Origin: Candidatus Dojkabacteria bacterium
GTDB lineage: Bacteria > Patescibacteriota > Dojkabacteria > SC72 > JAHDCA01
Reading direction: 5' to 3'
Assembly (NCBI GenBank): GCA_030583845.1
Contig: CP129478.1
Coordinates: 587,686-651,685 of the forward strand
Length of the DNA stretch: 64,000 nucleotides
The notes beneath the pieces are model-generated. The model did not search any database. It worked only from the letters and a program-made list of their open reading frames with translations, and was not told the origin of the DNA. Below, in pieces: positions 33,438 to 42,389 of this stretch (its first letter is position 1; every line of letters begins with the position of its first letter). The position numbers were made by a program, and so were the translations under genes.

Positions 33438-36400
33438 ATGGCGCAAAGAAAAGACCTATACTCCAATTCGTTCTCCTCGGTGTCGAGCTTTATTTTGGGT
33501 AATAACAAGCCTAAGAAGCCTGTAAAACGCAAGCCGCCTAAGTATGATGGGATTGATTATAATGATGGTCTCGCAGGCGCGCTTGCAACCATGGCAGGTG
33601 CGCCTGGTGTGTTTCTGGGTGAATCAGCCATAAACTCGCTTAACTCCACCCTTGGAGACCCTTCTCTGATAGAGCTTTATATTGATAAAAGCGAGAAGCA
33701 AAAGATGCAGGGTCTGGATAAGAATGCTGGACGTATTAGGGTCCGTGGATCTGACCTTAACAAGTTTATACAGTCTCCAAGCTCATTTCTCGACAAGGCA
33801 CTTCAAGGTGCACGTGCTGAACGGAAGTGGGCACTTACGGTAGCGCTTCTTGGTGGTGGTGCAGAGGTAGCAAATACCTATATGTGGGCAAAGAAAAACA
33901 ACCTCAGCAATAGTGATGCAGCTCGGCTTGCAAGCTCGGTATGGGATCTGGATAAGAGTATTTACACCGATCAAGAAAGTCTTGGAATAATGACAGAAAC
34001 GGCGCTCCTTAAGAGTGGAGGCCGGTCGATCAAAGAGGCTGAGGAATTAAACGCCAAACTTGTGGCGAGCGTGGCAAAGCAGAAAGAGGGTAGGCAGACT
34101 GTATCACGTTTATGGACTGGAGCGGCATCCGATGTTTCTGATCACATAATGTCTGGTGCACTGTTTAAATCTCAAGATGAGTACTCAAAATTTCTCTTGG
34201 AGAAGGGTCTTAAAGATAAGGAACGAGACTTAGTCTTGAAGCTTAGAGCAGGTACACTTACGGAACCGGAGGAAGTTAGTTACGCCAATCGGCTTGAGAA
34301 TGATCTCAAGTCTGCCGCTGCAGCAGGATGGCCTAAAATTACGTCGCAGAAGACAAAGCTAGATGCTCTTGTTAGTCAGAGCATACCAGATCCGGCAGCT
34401 CGTGAGCGATTCTATCAAGAGTTTGCGAAAGAGTATACCTCAAGGTATGGAAAAGTTGATTATACGGCAACAGGCAACTTAACGAATTTCGGTGTCCGCG
34501 AGATGTTGAAGGATAATTATTGGGCGAAGGCACAGCTTTCGACTGGAGCTGATAAGGAGAAGTATCTGAGAACAATAGCAGCTGTAGATGTATTGCAGAG
34601 GACGAAATCGCCGGGTGATTATTCAAAGCCTGATTACGATAAAGCAAGAGAGGCTGTTACATCACTCAAAGGACAGCCAGGTGTATCTCAGTCGGATATA
34701 GATGGCCTCTTGGGACAGATAAATAAAGCGGAGTCAATGTACGCAAAACGGTATGTTAAGCATCGTGCGCATAATGAGGTTGAAACTAAGTGGCTAAAGC
34801 CACTTAATAATCCGATGATGTCCTATGAAAATGCTCCTGAGGCCAAGCTTTTGCTTGAGGCCAAGCTGAAAACAAGCAGATATAGTCTTATATCACGAGG
34901 TTTAGCAGTGGATGACCCACGGGTACAAGAGATCGATTATGCGTTGGAGACGTTAAAAAGTGGGTTCAACCCGTTTGGTGGTGGTCGTCCACGTATGGCA
35001 AATATGATAATGATGTACCGCTCAAGGGGTAGCATGGCAAATTTTGTACCTGGGCTGTTTACTGGTGCTTCCTATGCCGATGGTGTGATGTCACCAGGGG
35101 ATTGGGGAGGGATCACTATGAAATATAGGATGAAAGATCGTTGGGGGGTTGATAAGAACGGTAACCCGAAGTTACAGGTCGGAGAAGCTAAAGGATTTAT
35201 CCTGCAAGGCCGCTCGCACCTTCCAACTGCATATCAAGGGCTAGTGAACTACTACTATCTGACTCCAGGCAGTTTGATCAAGAGTACATTGTGGAATGGT
35301 GAGGGTCTTTACTACCTTGCAGAGCAACGAAGGCGCCGAGGGATTACCAAGATGCTTTCTGAGCTCGATCCCGATAAAATCCAGAATCCAACAGGCTCCC
35401 TGGCGAAGTACTTCGAAGCGTTGAAGGATGATGCGGGCAATGTAACGGGGCATAGGTTTATGTGGGAAAAGGTGGATGGGGATTTTCTTGGGATTCTGGA
35501 AGCGCTAAAAGATTCTGGCTACGCTGAACTATACAGGAAGTATGACAAAGTATTTAGAGGATATGAGTCTACTGTCGCGTGGGCGCATAGATTCGCAATG
35601 CCTGAAAGATTTTTCGGAAATAAGGGGGTAATCGGAGCGCAAAGACTTAAACTTCAAGGTAAAGTTGTACAATTCTTTGGTGCATTGTCAAAAAATAAAG
35701 AATGGAATGCTGCACTTAAGCTGTTCGGAGCAGGTGAGATCGGGCTCTATCAGCTGGTCGAGGCTGGTGTGAAGATTGTATTTGGCACAGTACTTAAGGC
35801 TCTCGGCCCAGTCGGTACCGTACTCTCATTTGTCATCACGGATGTAATTGTCTCAGCCCTTGTCAAAATAAGCAAACCAATCCTCGATATGAGCGTATTT
35901 GCCCTAATGGCAACGGTCGCTCTCTTCTTCCTACTTCTCTGTACAGTAATCTCAAGCCCATTCACTCTTGCCAACCGCCTCAAGACACATGCAGTCCAGC
36001 CGCCAGTCGAGGGAGTCGAGCTCGAGCCATTGCCAGGTGAATTCCCGGATGATCCAGATGCAGTAGTTATTGACCCAACCAAAGATGCGATCTGTCCAAT
36101 AAATGCAGGTGCAATCTGTACGCAGGGACCACGCGGCTCCTACTCACACGCCAGGATGGGTACATATGCAATCGATGTGAGCACAGGTGCAGGTCCATTC
36201 AGAGCGCCAACCGATGGTGTAGTTGTGAGTGTGAGATCGTCAAACTCTTGCCCATGGGGACCAAACCGTGGAGCAAATTATGGTGGATCTGTTGTTTTCC
36301 GATCGTCGGATAATATCTACTATGAAGTGATGCACGCAAATCCAACAGTAGGCACTGGTCCTGTTGAGCAGGGCACAGTGTTAGCGACAATGGCTTACGG

Positions 36401-36554
36401 ATTGCCACGAAGCGGGTGCTGGACTGGGGCACACTACCATATCGATACCTGCTTCGGCAGCCAGTCTGCTTGTGTAGCTCGAAGCCGAAGTGCCAGATGG
36501 CTTAACTCTAAAGATTGGTATAACGAGTTGAAATGTAATATCCGCGGATGTTAG
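33438..36554 (+). CDS. Large (1038 aa) protein with a ~760-aa N-terminal domain, an internal TM hairpin and a C-terminal M23 (LytM-type) peptidase domain.
   Basis: M23 motifs HARMGTYAIDV...GAGPFRAPTDGVVV (HxxxD and active-site region) and GAHYHID (HxH). TM segments at aa ~770-840 (IVFGTVLKALGPVGTVLSFVITDVIVSALV and VFALMATVALFFLLLCTVI). Confidence 0.7.
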   Translation: MAQRKDLYSNSFSSVSSFILGNNKPKKPVKRKPPKYDGIDYNDGLAGALATMAGAPGVFLGESAINSLNSTLGDPSLIELYIDKSEKQKMQGLDKNAGRIRVRGSDLNKFIQSPSSFLDKALQGARAERKWALTVALLGGGAEVANTYMWAKKNNLSNSDAARLASSVWDLDKSIYTDQESLGIMTETALLKSGGRSIKEAEELNAKLVASVAKQKEGRQTVSRLWTGAASDVSDHIMSGALFKSQDEYSKFLLEKGLKDKERDLVLKLRAGTLTEPEEVSYANRLENDLKSAAAAGWPKITSQKTKLDALVSQSIPDPAARERFYQEFAKEYTSRYGKVDYTATGNLTNFGVREMLKDNYWAKAQLSTGADKEKYLRTIAAVDVLQRTKSPGDYSKPDYDKAREAVTSLKGQPGVSQSDIDGLLGQINKAESMYAKRYVKHRAHNEVETKWLKPLNNPMMSYENAPEAKLLLEAKLKTSRYSLISRGLAVDDPRVQEIDYALETLKSGFNPFGGGRPRMANMIMMYRSRGSMANFVPGLFTGASYADGVMSPGDWGGITMKYRMKDRWGVDKNGNPKLQVGEAKGFILQGRSHLPTAYQGLVNYYYLTPGSLIKSTLWNGEGLYYLAEQRRRRGITKMLSELDPDKIQNPTGSLAKYFEALKDDAGNVTGHRFMWEKVDGDFLGILEALKDSGYAELYRKYDKVFRGYESTVAWAHRFAMPERFFGNKGVIGAQRLKLQGKVVQFFGALSKNKEWNAALKLFGAGEIGLYQLVEAGVKIVFGTVLKALGPVGTVLSFVITDVIVSALVKISKPILDMSVFALMATVALFFLLLCTVISSPFTLANRLKTHAVQPPVEGVELEPLPGEFPDDPDAVVIDPTKDAICPINAGAICTQGPRGSYSHARMGTYAIDVSTGAGPFRAPTDGVVVSVRSSNSCPWGPNRGANYGGSVVFRSSDNIYYEVMHANPTVGTGPVEQGTVLATMAYGLPRSGCWTGAHYHIDTCFGSQSACVARSRSARWLNSKDWYNELKCNIRGC

Positions 36555-36567
36555 TTAGGAATCAAAT

Positions 36568-37659
36568 ATGGACAAGCTGCTCAACATAATAAAAAAGAAT
36601 AAAGTCGTGGTGCTTGGAGCTCTAGGGCTGTTGCTGGTAATTGCTATTGCACTAATTGTTATGCAGCTAATTGGTGGTGAAGAGACAGAAATCCCGAAAG
36701 GGAGTGTTGACCAGCCTTTTACATATGAGACGGGCAAGCAGTTGGAGATACCGGAAACAGTTGAGTACACAAATTTCGACCCAGGTGATGATACGACTGC
36801 GCCAATTTACGAATTTGCACTTGAGAATAAAGTCGATCTTGTGAAATCGTTCCTGGGTAGCATCGGTAAACGCTCGATGGAGCTCGAGGAGTATGAGGAT
36901 GTTGTGTATTACTGGAGAGATGACCCGAGCGATGATTTCTATGTGGTTGAGTACAACGCGTTGACCGACCGTGTATTCTTTAGATTTGAGAGCGCTGTAG
37001 ATCCAGACCTGAATGCTGGTGGATATCTGAGCAGAGAGGATCTCGAACAGTATTTTACTGCTTTTGTTCATGAGTATTGGGATCAGTCGTACAGCTACAC
37101 TGATTTCAATGTGACTAGGGATGGATCGACTTATCGAATTGAGGCGAGCAGGCTGATTGGGAAGTATCCTTTGCACATCTCTGGCTTTGAAGAGTATTCG
37201 GATTATCTGGTTGTTGAAGATGATGGAGATATACTCGAGGGGCAGATCTATCTGATGAATTACGATCTCTCTACAGCACAGAATGTTGATCTTATTACGA
37301 CAGTTGGTCTCGGATCAGTGATCGGGCGAGATGATTATCCGAAGGATTTCTATCAATTGGAGCCTCAAGATCTTGATGGTACCTTATTATATGGTGAGCC
37401 ATACACACCTGCACAATCAGCAGGTGATCCTCCTCCAACGCCTGATGGTGAGATCCCAGAATTGACCGAGTGCACAGCTGAAGAGATATCGTTGGTGTAC
37501 CTCTACATGAGCGGTACATATCAGATGCTTACCCCAGCGTATAAGATCAGGTGTGCTGGAAATGTCGTCGTAGAAGGTAGGAGCTATAGAACAGAGGCGC
37601 TTGTTTTTGCCAATGCGATCGATCCGGAGCTTGTGTATGTGCCGGCAACGACGGAGTAG
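36568..37659 (+). CDS. Membrane-anchored extracytoplasmic hypothetical protein.
   Basis: N-terminal TM VVVLGALGLLLVIAIALIVMQLI. Acidic, aromatic-rich body with C-terminal Cys residues. Confidence 0.55.
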   Translation: MDKLLNIIKKNKVVVLGALGLLLVIAIALIVMQLIGGEETEIPKGSVDQPFTYETGKQLEIPETVEYTNFDPGDDTTAPIYEFALENKVDLVKSFLGSIGKRSMELEEYEDVVYYWRDDPSDDFYVVEYNALTDRVFFRFESAVDPDLNAGGYLSREDLEQYFTAFVHEYWDQSYSYTDFNVTRDGSTYRIEASRLIGKYPLHISGFEEYSDYLVVEDDGDILEGQIYLMNYDLSTAQNVDLITTVGLGSVIGRDDYPKDFYQLEPQDLDGTLLYGEPYTPAQSAGDPPPTPDGEIPELTECTAEEISLVYLYMSGTYQMLTPAYKIRCAGNVVVEGRSYRTEALVFANAIDPELVYVPATTE

Positions 37660-37779
37660 CTTACGGATGGGTTATGTAAGAAATTCATTAACTCTTAATG
37701 GGAGATTCTGTATATAATAGTGCCGCTACTGACTAATTTTGTAGTTGCGGATTTAATCTTTGCCCGATAAGATATAGGT

Positions 37780-38976
37780 ATGAAAATTTTGACCAAGATT
37801 GTAAATATTCTGCTTGTTGTTGCCGCGTTTGTGGTGGTTGTGCCTCAGGTTCCAGGATATCAAGCTGTCAAAAGAGAAGATCTTGGTTTTGATGAAGGTC
37901 TCTCAAGCAAAGACGCTGCACTATATGCATTTCCAGGTAAGATATTAATAACACAGGTCGAAGCTCCAAATACCGCGATGGAATCTGACCCGGAATCATG
38001 GATCGATCTGCTCTACTACTACTACATCACAAGACTCGGTTTTGGCGACCTACCATACACCTATCTGGTTGATAAGTCGGGCACAGTGTACGAAGGCCGC
38101 TCGAATTATGAGGGAGTTGTGCCAGAGCTGCTGGATGCAGAAGGTGCTGTGCTAATTGGCTATCTATCAAATGGTGCCGATGTTACCTCTGCAGCAGCAG
38201 ATTCAATCAACGAGCTGGTCGAAGAGGTCTCATATAAATATGGAATCACTCGTGAAAATGTAGAGGCCGTTGACCTTGAAGTATCTCAGCAGACTGCTGA
38301 AGGTGAGCTGAGCAAGCTCGAGTATAAGAGTACTGATTCAATGTTTGCAGATGAGCTTGATCAGATCCTTTCAAAGGTTACATATTCCGATAGAGAAAAT
38401 TTGAGCTTTAAGGCAGCTGTCAGCGAGGTAAGCTTCGAAGAGAAGGTGCCGATCGGCGGGAAGCTAACTGTGAAATTCAAACTGAAGAATGATGGCGATA
38501 CTCCATGGTTTACACTGAACGATTTTGTCTATGTGGTCACATCAAGCAACGAAGATAGTCAATTTGCGGTAAATGGTGAGTGGGATAGCTTCGATACACC
38601 AACCCATGTTGAGGGCAAGACTGTGTTGCCTGGCGAGAGCGTAGATATTGAGTTCCAGATGGCAGCCAATACAATGCCTGGTGAGTACTCTGAGAGCTTC
38701 AAATTTAGCCGTACTGGTGGTAAAGATCTGCAGGGTGGTGAGTTTGAAGTTAAGTTCACAATCGAGCAGGGCGATGTCCAACTGATTGAGATCACAGAAA
38801 CTGAGACCGGTAATCTAAATGTCCGCAAAGACCCAAATCTTGGGGCACAGGTGGTTGGACAGGTTGATTCCGGCGCAATCTTTGTAGTTAAAGAATCGCA
38901 AAATAACTGGTATAAGATTGAATATGAGCCTGGCGCAGATGGCTGGGTGATCGGTAGATATATAAAGCGGCTTTGA
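37780..38976 (+). CDS. Secreted amidase_2/PGRP-like domain protein with a C-terminal bacterial SH3 (SH3b) domain. The catalytic Zn ligands are possibly substituted.
   Basis: Signal/TM ILLVVAAFVVVVP. LGFGDLPYTYLVDKSGTVYEGR resembles the amidase_2 GYHFLI..DG.I..GR block but lacks the His residues. The C-terminus TGNLNVRKDPNLGAQVVGQVDSGAIFVV...NNWYKIEY..GADGWVIGRYI has an SH3b signature. Confidence 0.55.
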   Translation: MKILTKIVNILLVVAAFVVVVPQVPGYQAVKREDLGFDEGLSSKDAALYAFPGKILITQVEAPNTAMESDPESWIDLLYYYYITRLGFGDLPYTYLVDKSGTVYEGRSNYEGVVPELLDAEGAVLIGYLSNGADVTSAAADSINELVEEVSYKYGITRENVEAVDLEVSQQTAEGELSKLEYKSTDSMFADELDQILSKVTYSDRENLSFKAAVSEVSFEEKVPIGGKLTVKFKLKNDGDTPWFTLNDFVYVVTSSNEDSQFAVNGEWDSFDTPTHVEGKTVLPGESVDIEFQMAANTMPGEYSESFKFSRTGGKDLQGGEFEVKFTIEQGDVQLIEITETETGNLNVRKDPNLGAQVVGQVDSGAIFVVKESQNNWYKIEYEPGADGWVIGRYIKRL

Positions 38977-39049
38977 ACTACCCGACCACTTGGCGTTTAT
39001 CGTATAGTGAGCAGCACTTTGCCACCTAGCCAAGTGGTCGGGTAGTTTT
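38976..39049 (+). repeat. Family A palindromic element, likely the terminator after gene 37780-38976.
   Basis: Perfect 19-bp stem AACTACCCGACCACTTGGC / GCCAAGTGGTCGGGTAGTT with a 34-nt loop and a TTTT tail. Confidence 0.6.
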
Positions 39050-39059
39050 ACCAATAAAG

Positions 39060-41078
39060 ATGAAAGACAATACCTTCCTTGAACAATTAAACACGCCTCA
39101 GAGAGAGGCTGCAGAGCATGTTGATGGCCCGTTGCTTATTTTTGCTGGTGCAGGGTCGGGGAAAACTCGCGTTCTTACCTACCGAGTCGCGAACCTAGTT
39201 ATCAACCACGATGTGAAGCCGCACAATATCCTCGCTGTAACGTTCACCAAGAAAGCTGCACAGGAAATGCTTGAGCGTATCAACAATATCTTGCTTGAGA
39301 AAAGTCCAGACATCTCTGAGCGACCACACATAGGAACATTTCACTCGATATCTGCCCAAATCTTGCGGCGCGAGGGGAAATATCTTGGATTTGATAGCAA
39401 TTTCTCAATTTATGATACGAGCGATTCAGAGGGACTGATCAAGGAGCTGATGCTCGCTGCAAACCTTGATGTGAAGCAGTTTAAGCCGGCGGTGATAATG
39501 CATATGATAGGTGCAGCGAAAAACGATATGGTGAGTCCTGATCAATTTGCATTTCATTATGCTGGTTTTATAGAGGATATTGCAGGTCAGATATACCCTG
39601 AATATCAGAAGCAGCTGCTTGAGATGAATGCAATGGACTTCTCGGATCTGCTCTACTATGTAGCCGAGCTTTTTACAAAACAGCCAGACATCCTCGAGAA
39701 GTATAAGAATCTTTATAAGTACATCATGGTCGACGAGTATCAAGATACCAATAAGGTTCAGTACACCATAATAAAGAAGCTTTCAGAGGCGAGCAAAAAC
39801 CTATGCGTGGTTGGTGACGATGATCAAAGCATCTATAAATGGCGTGGGGCAGACATCCACAATATCATATCTTTTGAACGCGATTTCGATAATGTAAAGA
39901 TCGTCAAGCTTGAGCAGAACTATCGCTCAACAGACAACATAATTAAAGCTGCAGTTGCAGTTATCCAGCAAAATAACGAGCGTGTTGAGAAAGAGCTTTG
40001 GACCGATAAGGGCGAGGGTGACAAAATAACGGTATACCAGGCTAGAGATGAGAAAGGCGAGGCGCAATTCATTGTGGATGAGATTACTCAGCTCAAGAAT
40101 AACCGCTACTACAAGCTTGGTGATTTTGCCGTCCTATACCGCACCAACTACCAGTCGCGTGTAATCGAGGAAGAGCTGCTCAAGCGGGGCATCCCTTACA
40201 AATTGGTTGGGGGCTTCAGATTTTATGATCGCAAAGAGATCAAAGACCTTCTCTCCTACCTGCGCGTCGCCAATAACCTGAAAGACGACATCAACCTATA
40301 CCGAGTTATCAATGTGCCCGCCCGCAAGATGGGCCCAACCTCGCTCGCCAAACTGGTGCAAACTGCTCGTAAATGCAAGACATCCGCGGCAGAAATGTTG
40401 GCAATTGCCTATATTCTTGGGCGAAACGACTTAAACATTAGCGACTACGAATTCGACCAGACCAAGGTCGACGCTGTGGATAAGTCTCTCGACGAGCTGC
40501 TTAAATTTCAGAAAGTTGTGGATATCTTCGGTGGTCTATACGCAGCTGCGCAAGATATGAATGTGATGGAGCTGCTAACAGAGCTGCTCAATAGGTCGAA
40601 GTATATTGAATCGTTTGACGACGGTAGTGAGCTTGCCGAATCGCGCAAAGAAAACGTGCAGGAGTTAAGAAACCTTGCAGCCAGCTATGCCGAAAAGTAT
40701 GGCGCAAAATCGCTAAATAAATTCCTGCAAGATATCGCACTTATTGAGGAGGAGCAGGAGAAGAGCAAGAAAGAAAGCTCAGCTGGGGCTGTTACATTGA
40801 TGACGCTTCACTCTTCGAAGGGGCTGGAGTTCCCAGGTGTATTTATGATCGGAATGGAAGAAGGAATAATGCCTCACTCAAGGTCTTTTACCGATCCTAC
40901 CGAATTAGAAGAGGAGCGTAGACTCTGTTATGTAGGGATTACGCGTGCACAGGAGAGGCTTTGGATGACCTTCTCAGAAGCGAGGACGCAGATGGGTGGC
41001 TACAGCGATCAGATACCGTCAAGATTCCTGGGTGAAGTGCCACAGGAGCTGTGTGAATATTACAGCTGGAATATCTAG
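39060..41078 (+). CDS. pcrA: ATP-dependent DNA helicase, UvrD/PcrA/Rep family.
   Basis: Walker A GAGSGKTRVLTYR, DEYQDTN (motif II) and the helicase motifs of SF1A. Length is 672 aa. Confidence 0.9.
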   Translation: MKDNTFLEQLNTPQREAAEHVDGPLLIFAGAGSGKTRVLTYRVANLVINHDVKPHNILAVTFTKKAAQEMLERINNILLEKSPDISERPHIGTFHSISAQILRREGKYLGFDSNFSIYDTSDSEGLIKELMLAANLDVKQFKPAVIMHMIGAAKNDMVSPDQFAFHYAGFIEDIAGQIYPEYQKQLLEMNAMDFSDLLYYVAELFTKQPDILEKYKNLYKYIMVDEYQDTNKVQYTIIKKLSEASKNLCVVGDDDQSIYKWRGADIHNIISFERDFDNVKIVKLEQNYRSTDNIIKAAVAVIQQNNERVEKELWTDKGEGDKITVYQARDEKGEAQFIVDEITQLKNNRYYKLGDFAVLYRTNYQSRVIEEELLKRGIPYKLVGGFRFYDRKEIKDLLSYLRVANNLKDDINLYRVINVPARKMGPTSLAKLVQTARKCKTSAAEMLAIAYILGRNDLNISDYEFDQTKVDAVDKSLDELLKFQKVVDIFGGLYAAAQDMNVMELLTELLNRSKYIESFDDGSELAESRKENVQELRNLAASYAEKYGAKSLNKFLQDIALIEEEQEKSKKESSAGAVTLMTLHSSKGLEFPGVFMIGMEEGIMPHSRSFTDPTELEEERRLCYVGITRAQERLWMTFSEARTQMGGYSDQIPSRFLGEVPQELCEYYSWNI

Positions 41079-41144
41079 CCCGACCACCCGACTACTTGCG
41101 AAGCAAGTGGGTCGGGCAAGTGGTCGGGTGGTCGGGCTAGTTTA
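41075..41144. repeat. Family A palindromic element with an internal duplication, shared by the convergent pcrA and rpfB-like genes (bidirectional terminator candidate).
   Basis: The left arm CTAGCCCGACCACCCGACTACTTGC pairs with GCAAGTGGTCGGGTGGTCGGGCTAG (1 mismatch). An extra GCAAGTGGGTCGGG copy sits in the loop. Both stop codons lie inside the element. Confidence 0.6.
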
Positions 41145-42126
41145 CCAGTCGTGTGCAGGCAGGCCAATGGTGTGCAGCACCACCTGAACGATAAATTGTG
41201 AGGGAGATTCTAAGCTGCTGATAACCATCCCAAATATTGGTACCGCCATATCCAGCGAAAGTCCTTTCGGAGAACTGCATTAAGCCTTTGTAGAGCCCTC
41301 CATTATTAGCACCTGCATAGCAGCCAGACTCACACCTCATCACAGATTTGAGCCAGTATCGTTCTGCATCGCTGCCAGTGATCTGGTCAATATAGCTATC
41401 CCACTGTACACAGCTGTTATTCAACCCTGGGACTGTGCTGAAATCAATTCTTTCTCTAGTTCCGACTTTGGTGATCTTGTTTACGACAGGTGTGACCATT
41501 TTCTGGTCAGTGACTTTCTCTTCAACCATCTGGCCATCATGGAATGTCCTTAAGATTGTTATCTCTTTCACACCATTCTGCCCTTCTTGTGTTACAAGTG
41601 ATGTGCCAACATACATGCTCGAGTCATTTACCTGCTCAGACCTGAATGGGACTATCTCTGTAACTGTCTCAAATGTTTTCTCAACTTTAACCAGTTTTAC
41701 GAGGAGGTTGTCGCTGATCTTAGTATCAAGATCTGGGGTGATAATATAGTCATCGACGTTGATCCCTAATGTTTTGACCACATCTCCGACAGTTGCTCCG
41801 TATATAAGCTCGGTAGTTACACCATCTACATTTTCTACTTTTACCATTACAATATTCTCTCCGTCGATAACTAGACGGTCATCATCCTCAAATTTGCTTG
41901 AGAAAGTGTGTGAGAAACGTTCGCTTGAGAGTTCTGATGCTCCGAGTACTGCCTGCTCATAAGCAGAAACAGAACGGCCTGTAGAAATAAAGCTGTGGAA
42001 AAGTGACGATAACACGAGAAAGGTCAAGACGTAGGCAGTAAAGGAAAAGATTCGCTTACTTCTTCTGCGTCTGTTTGAGGCTCTCAGGAGTCTACTATAA
42101 CTGCGATTGTGCAGCGGTATACTCAC
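41137..42126 (-). CDS. rpfB: Resuscitation-promoting factor RpfB-like protein: membrane anchor, DUF348-like region, G5 domain and a C-terminal Rpf-type transglycosylase-like domain.
   Basis: The C-terminal CESGCYAGANNGGLYKGLMQFSERTFAGYGG...HHWPAC fits the Rpf domain pattern (CESGGNW...GYYGGLQFS..TW...GG...W..C). The G5-like block is GQNGVKEITILRTFHDGQMVEEKVTDQKMVTPVVNKITKVGT. Confidence 0.7.
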   Translation of the reverse strand: MSIPLHNRSYSRLLRASNRRRRSKRIFSFTAYVLTFLVLSSLFHSFISTGRSVSAYEQAVLGASELSSERFSHTFSSKFEDDDRLVIDGENIVMVKVENVDGVTTELIYGATVGDVVKTLGINVDDYIITPDLDTKISDNLLVKLVKVEKTFETVTEIVPFRSEQVNDSSMYVGTSLVTQEGQNGVKEITILRTFHDGQMVEEKVTDQKMVTPVVNKITKVGTRERIDFSTVPGLNNSCVQWDSYIDQITGSDAERYWLKSVMRCESGCYAGANNGGLYKGLMQFSERTFAGYGGTNIWDGYQQLRISLTIYRSGGAAHHWPACTRLVN

Positions 42127-42389
42127 TTTTTCTTTAATTAATATCTTAATTCCATCGCTACATCTAATCTCAAGAACTAGAAGTAACTCATGTTGCTTTT
42201 ACTCACTCTAGCCGTCTGAATAATAACAGTCTGACCAGTGGTGCAACTTATGAGGCTACCATGCGGCAAACTTCGTATTTGCCCGTTGGTACGCTGTTTT
42301 TGATGGAACGGTGCATACTAACATATATTTGACAAGAAGTCACATAAGTAACTAGTATGTAGGTAGCACAATTAAGAAATAGTATTCTC

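Noticed and set aside
21700-39060. Interpretation of the surface cluster as a prophage tail and lysis module (M23 tape-measure-like protein, amidase-SH3b endolysin, small holin-like membrane protein).
   Set aside because: No capsid, portal, terminase, integrase or att-like flanks occur in the surrounding 20 kb. Nearly all products carry N-terminal membrane anchors, unlike virion proteins. The small membrane protein is not adjacent to the amidase. This is kept only as an alternative to test.
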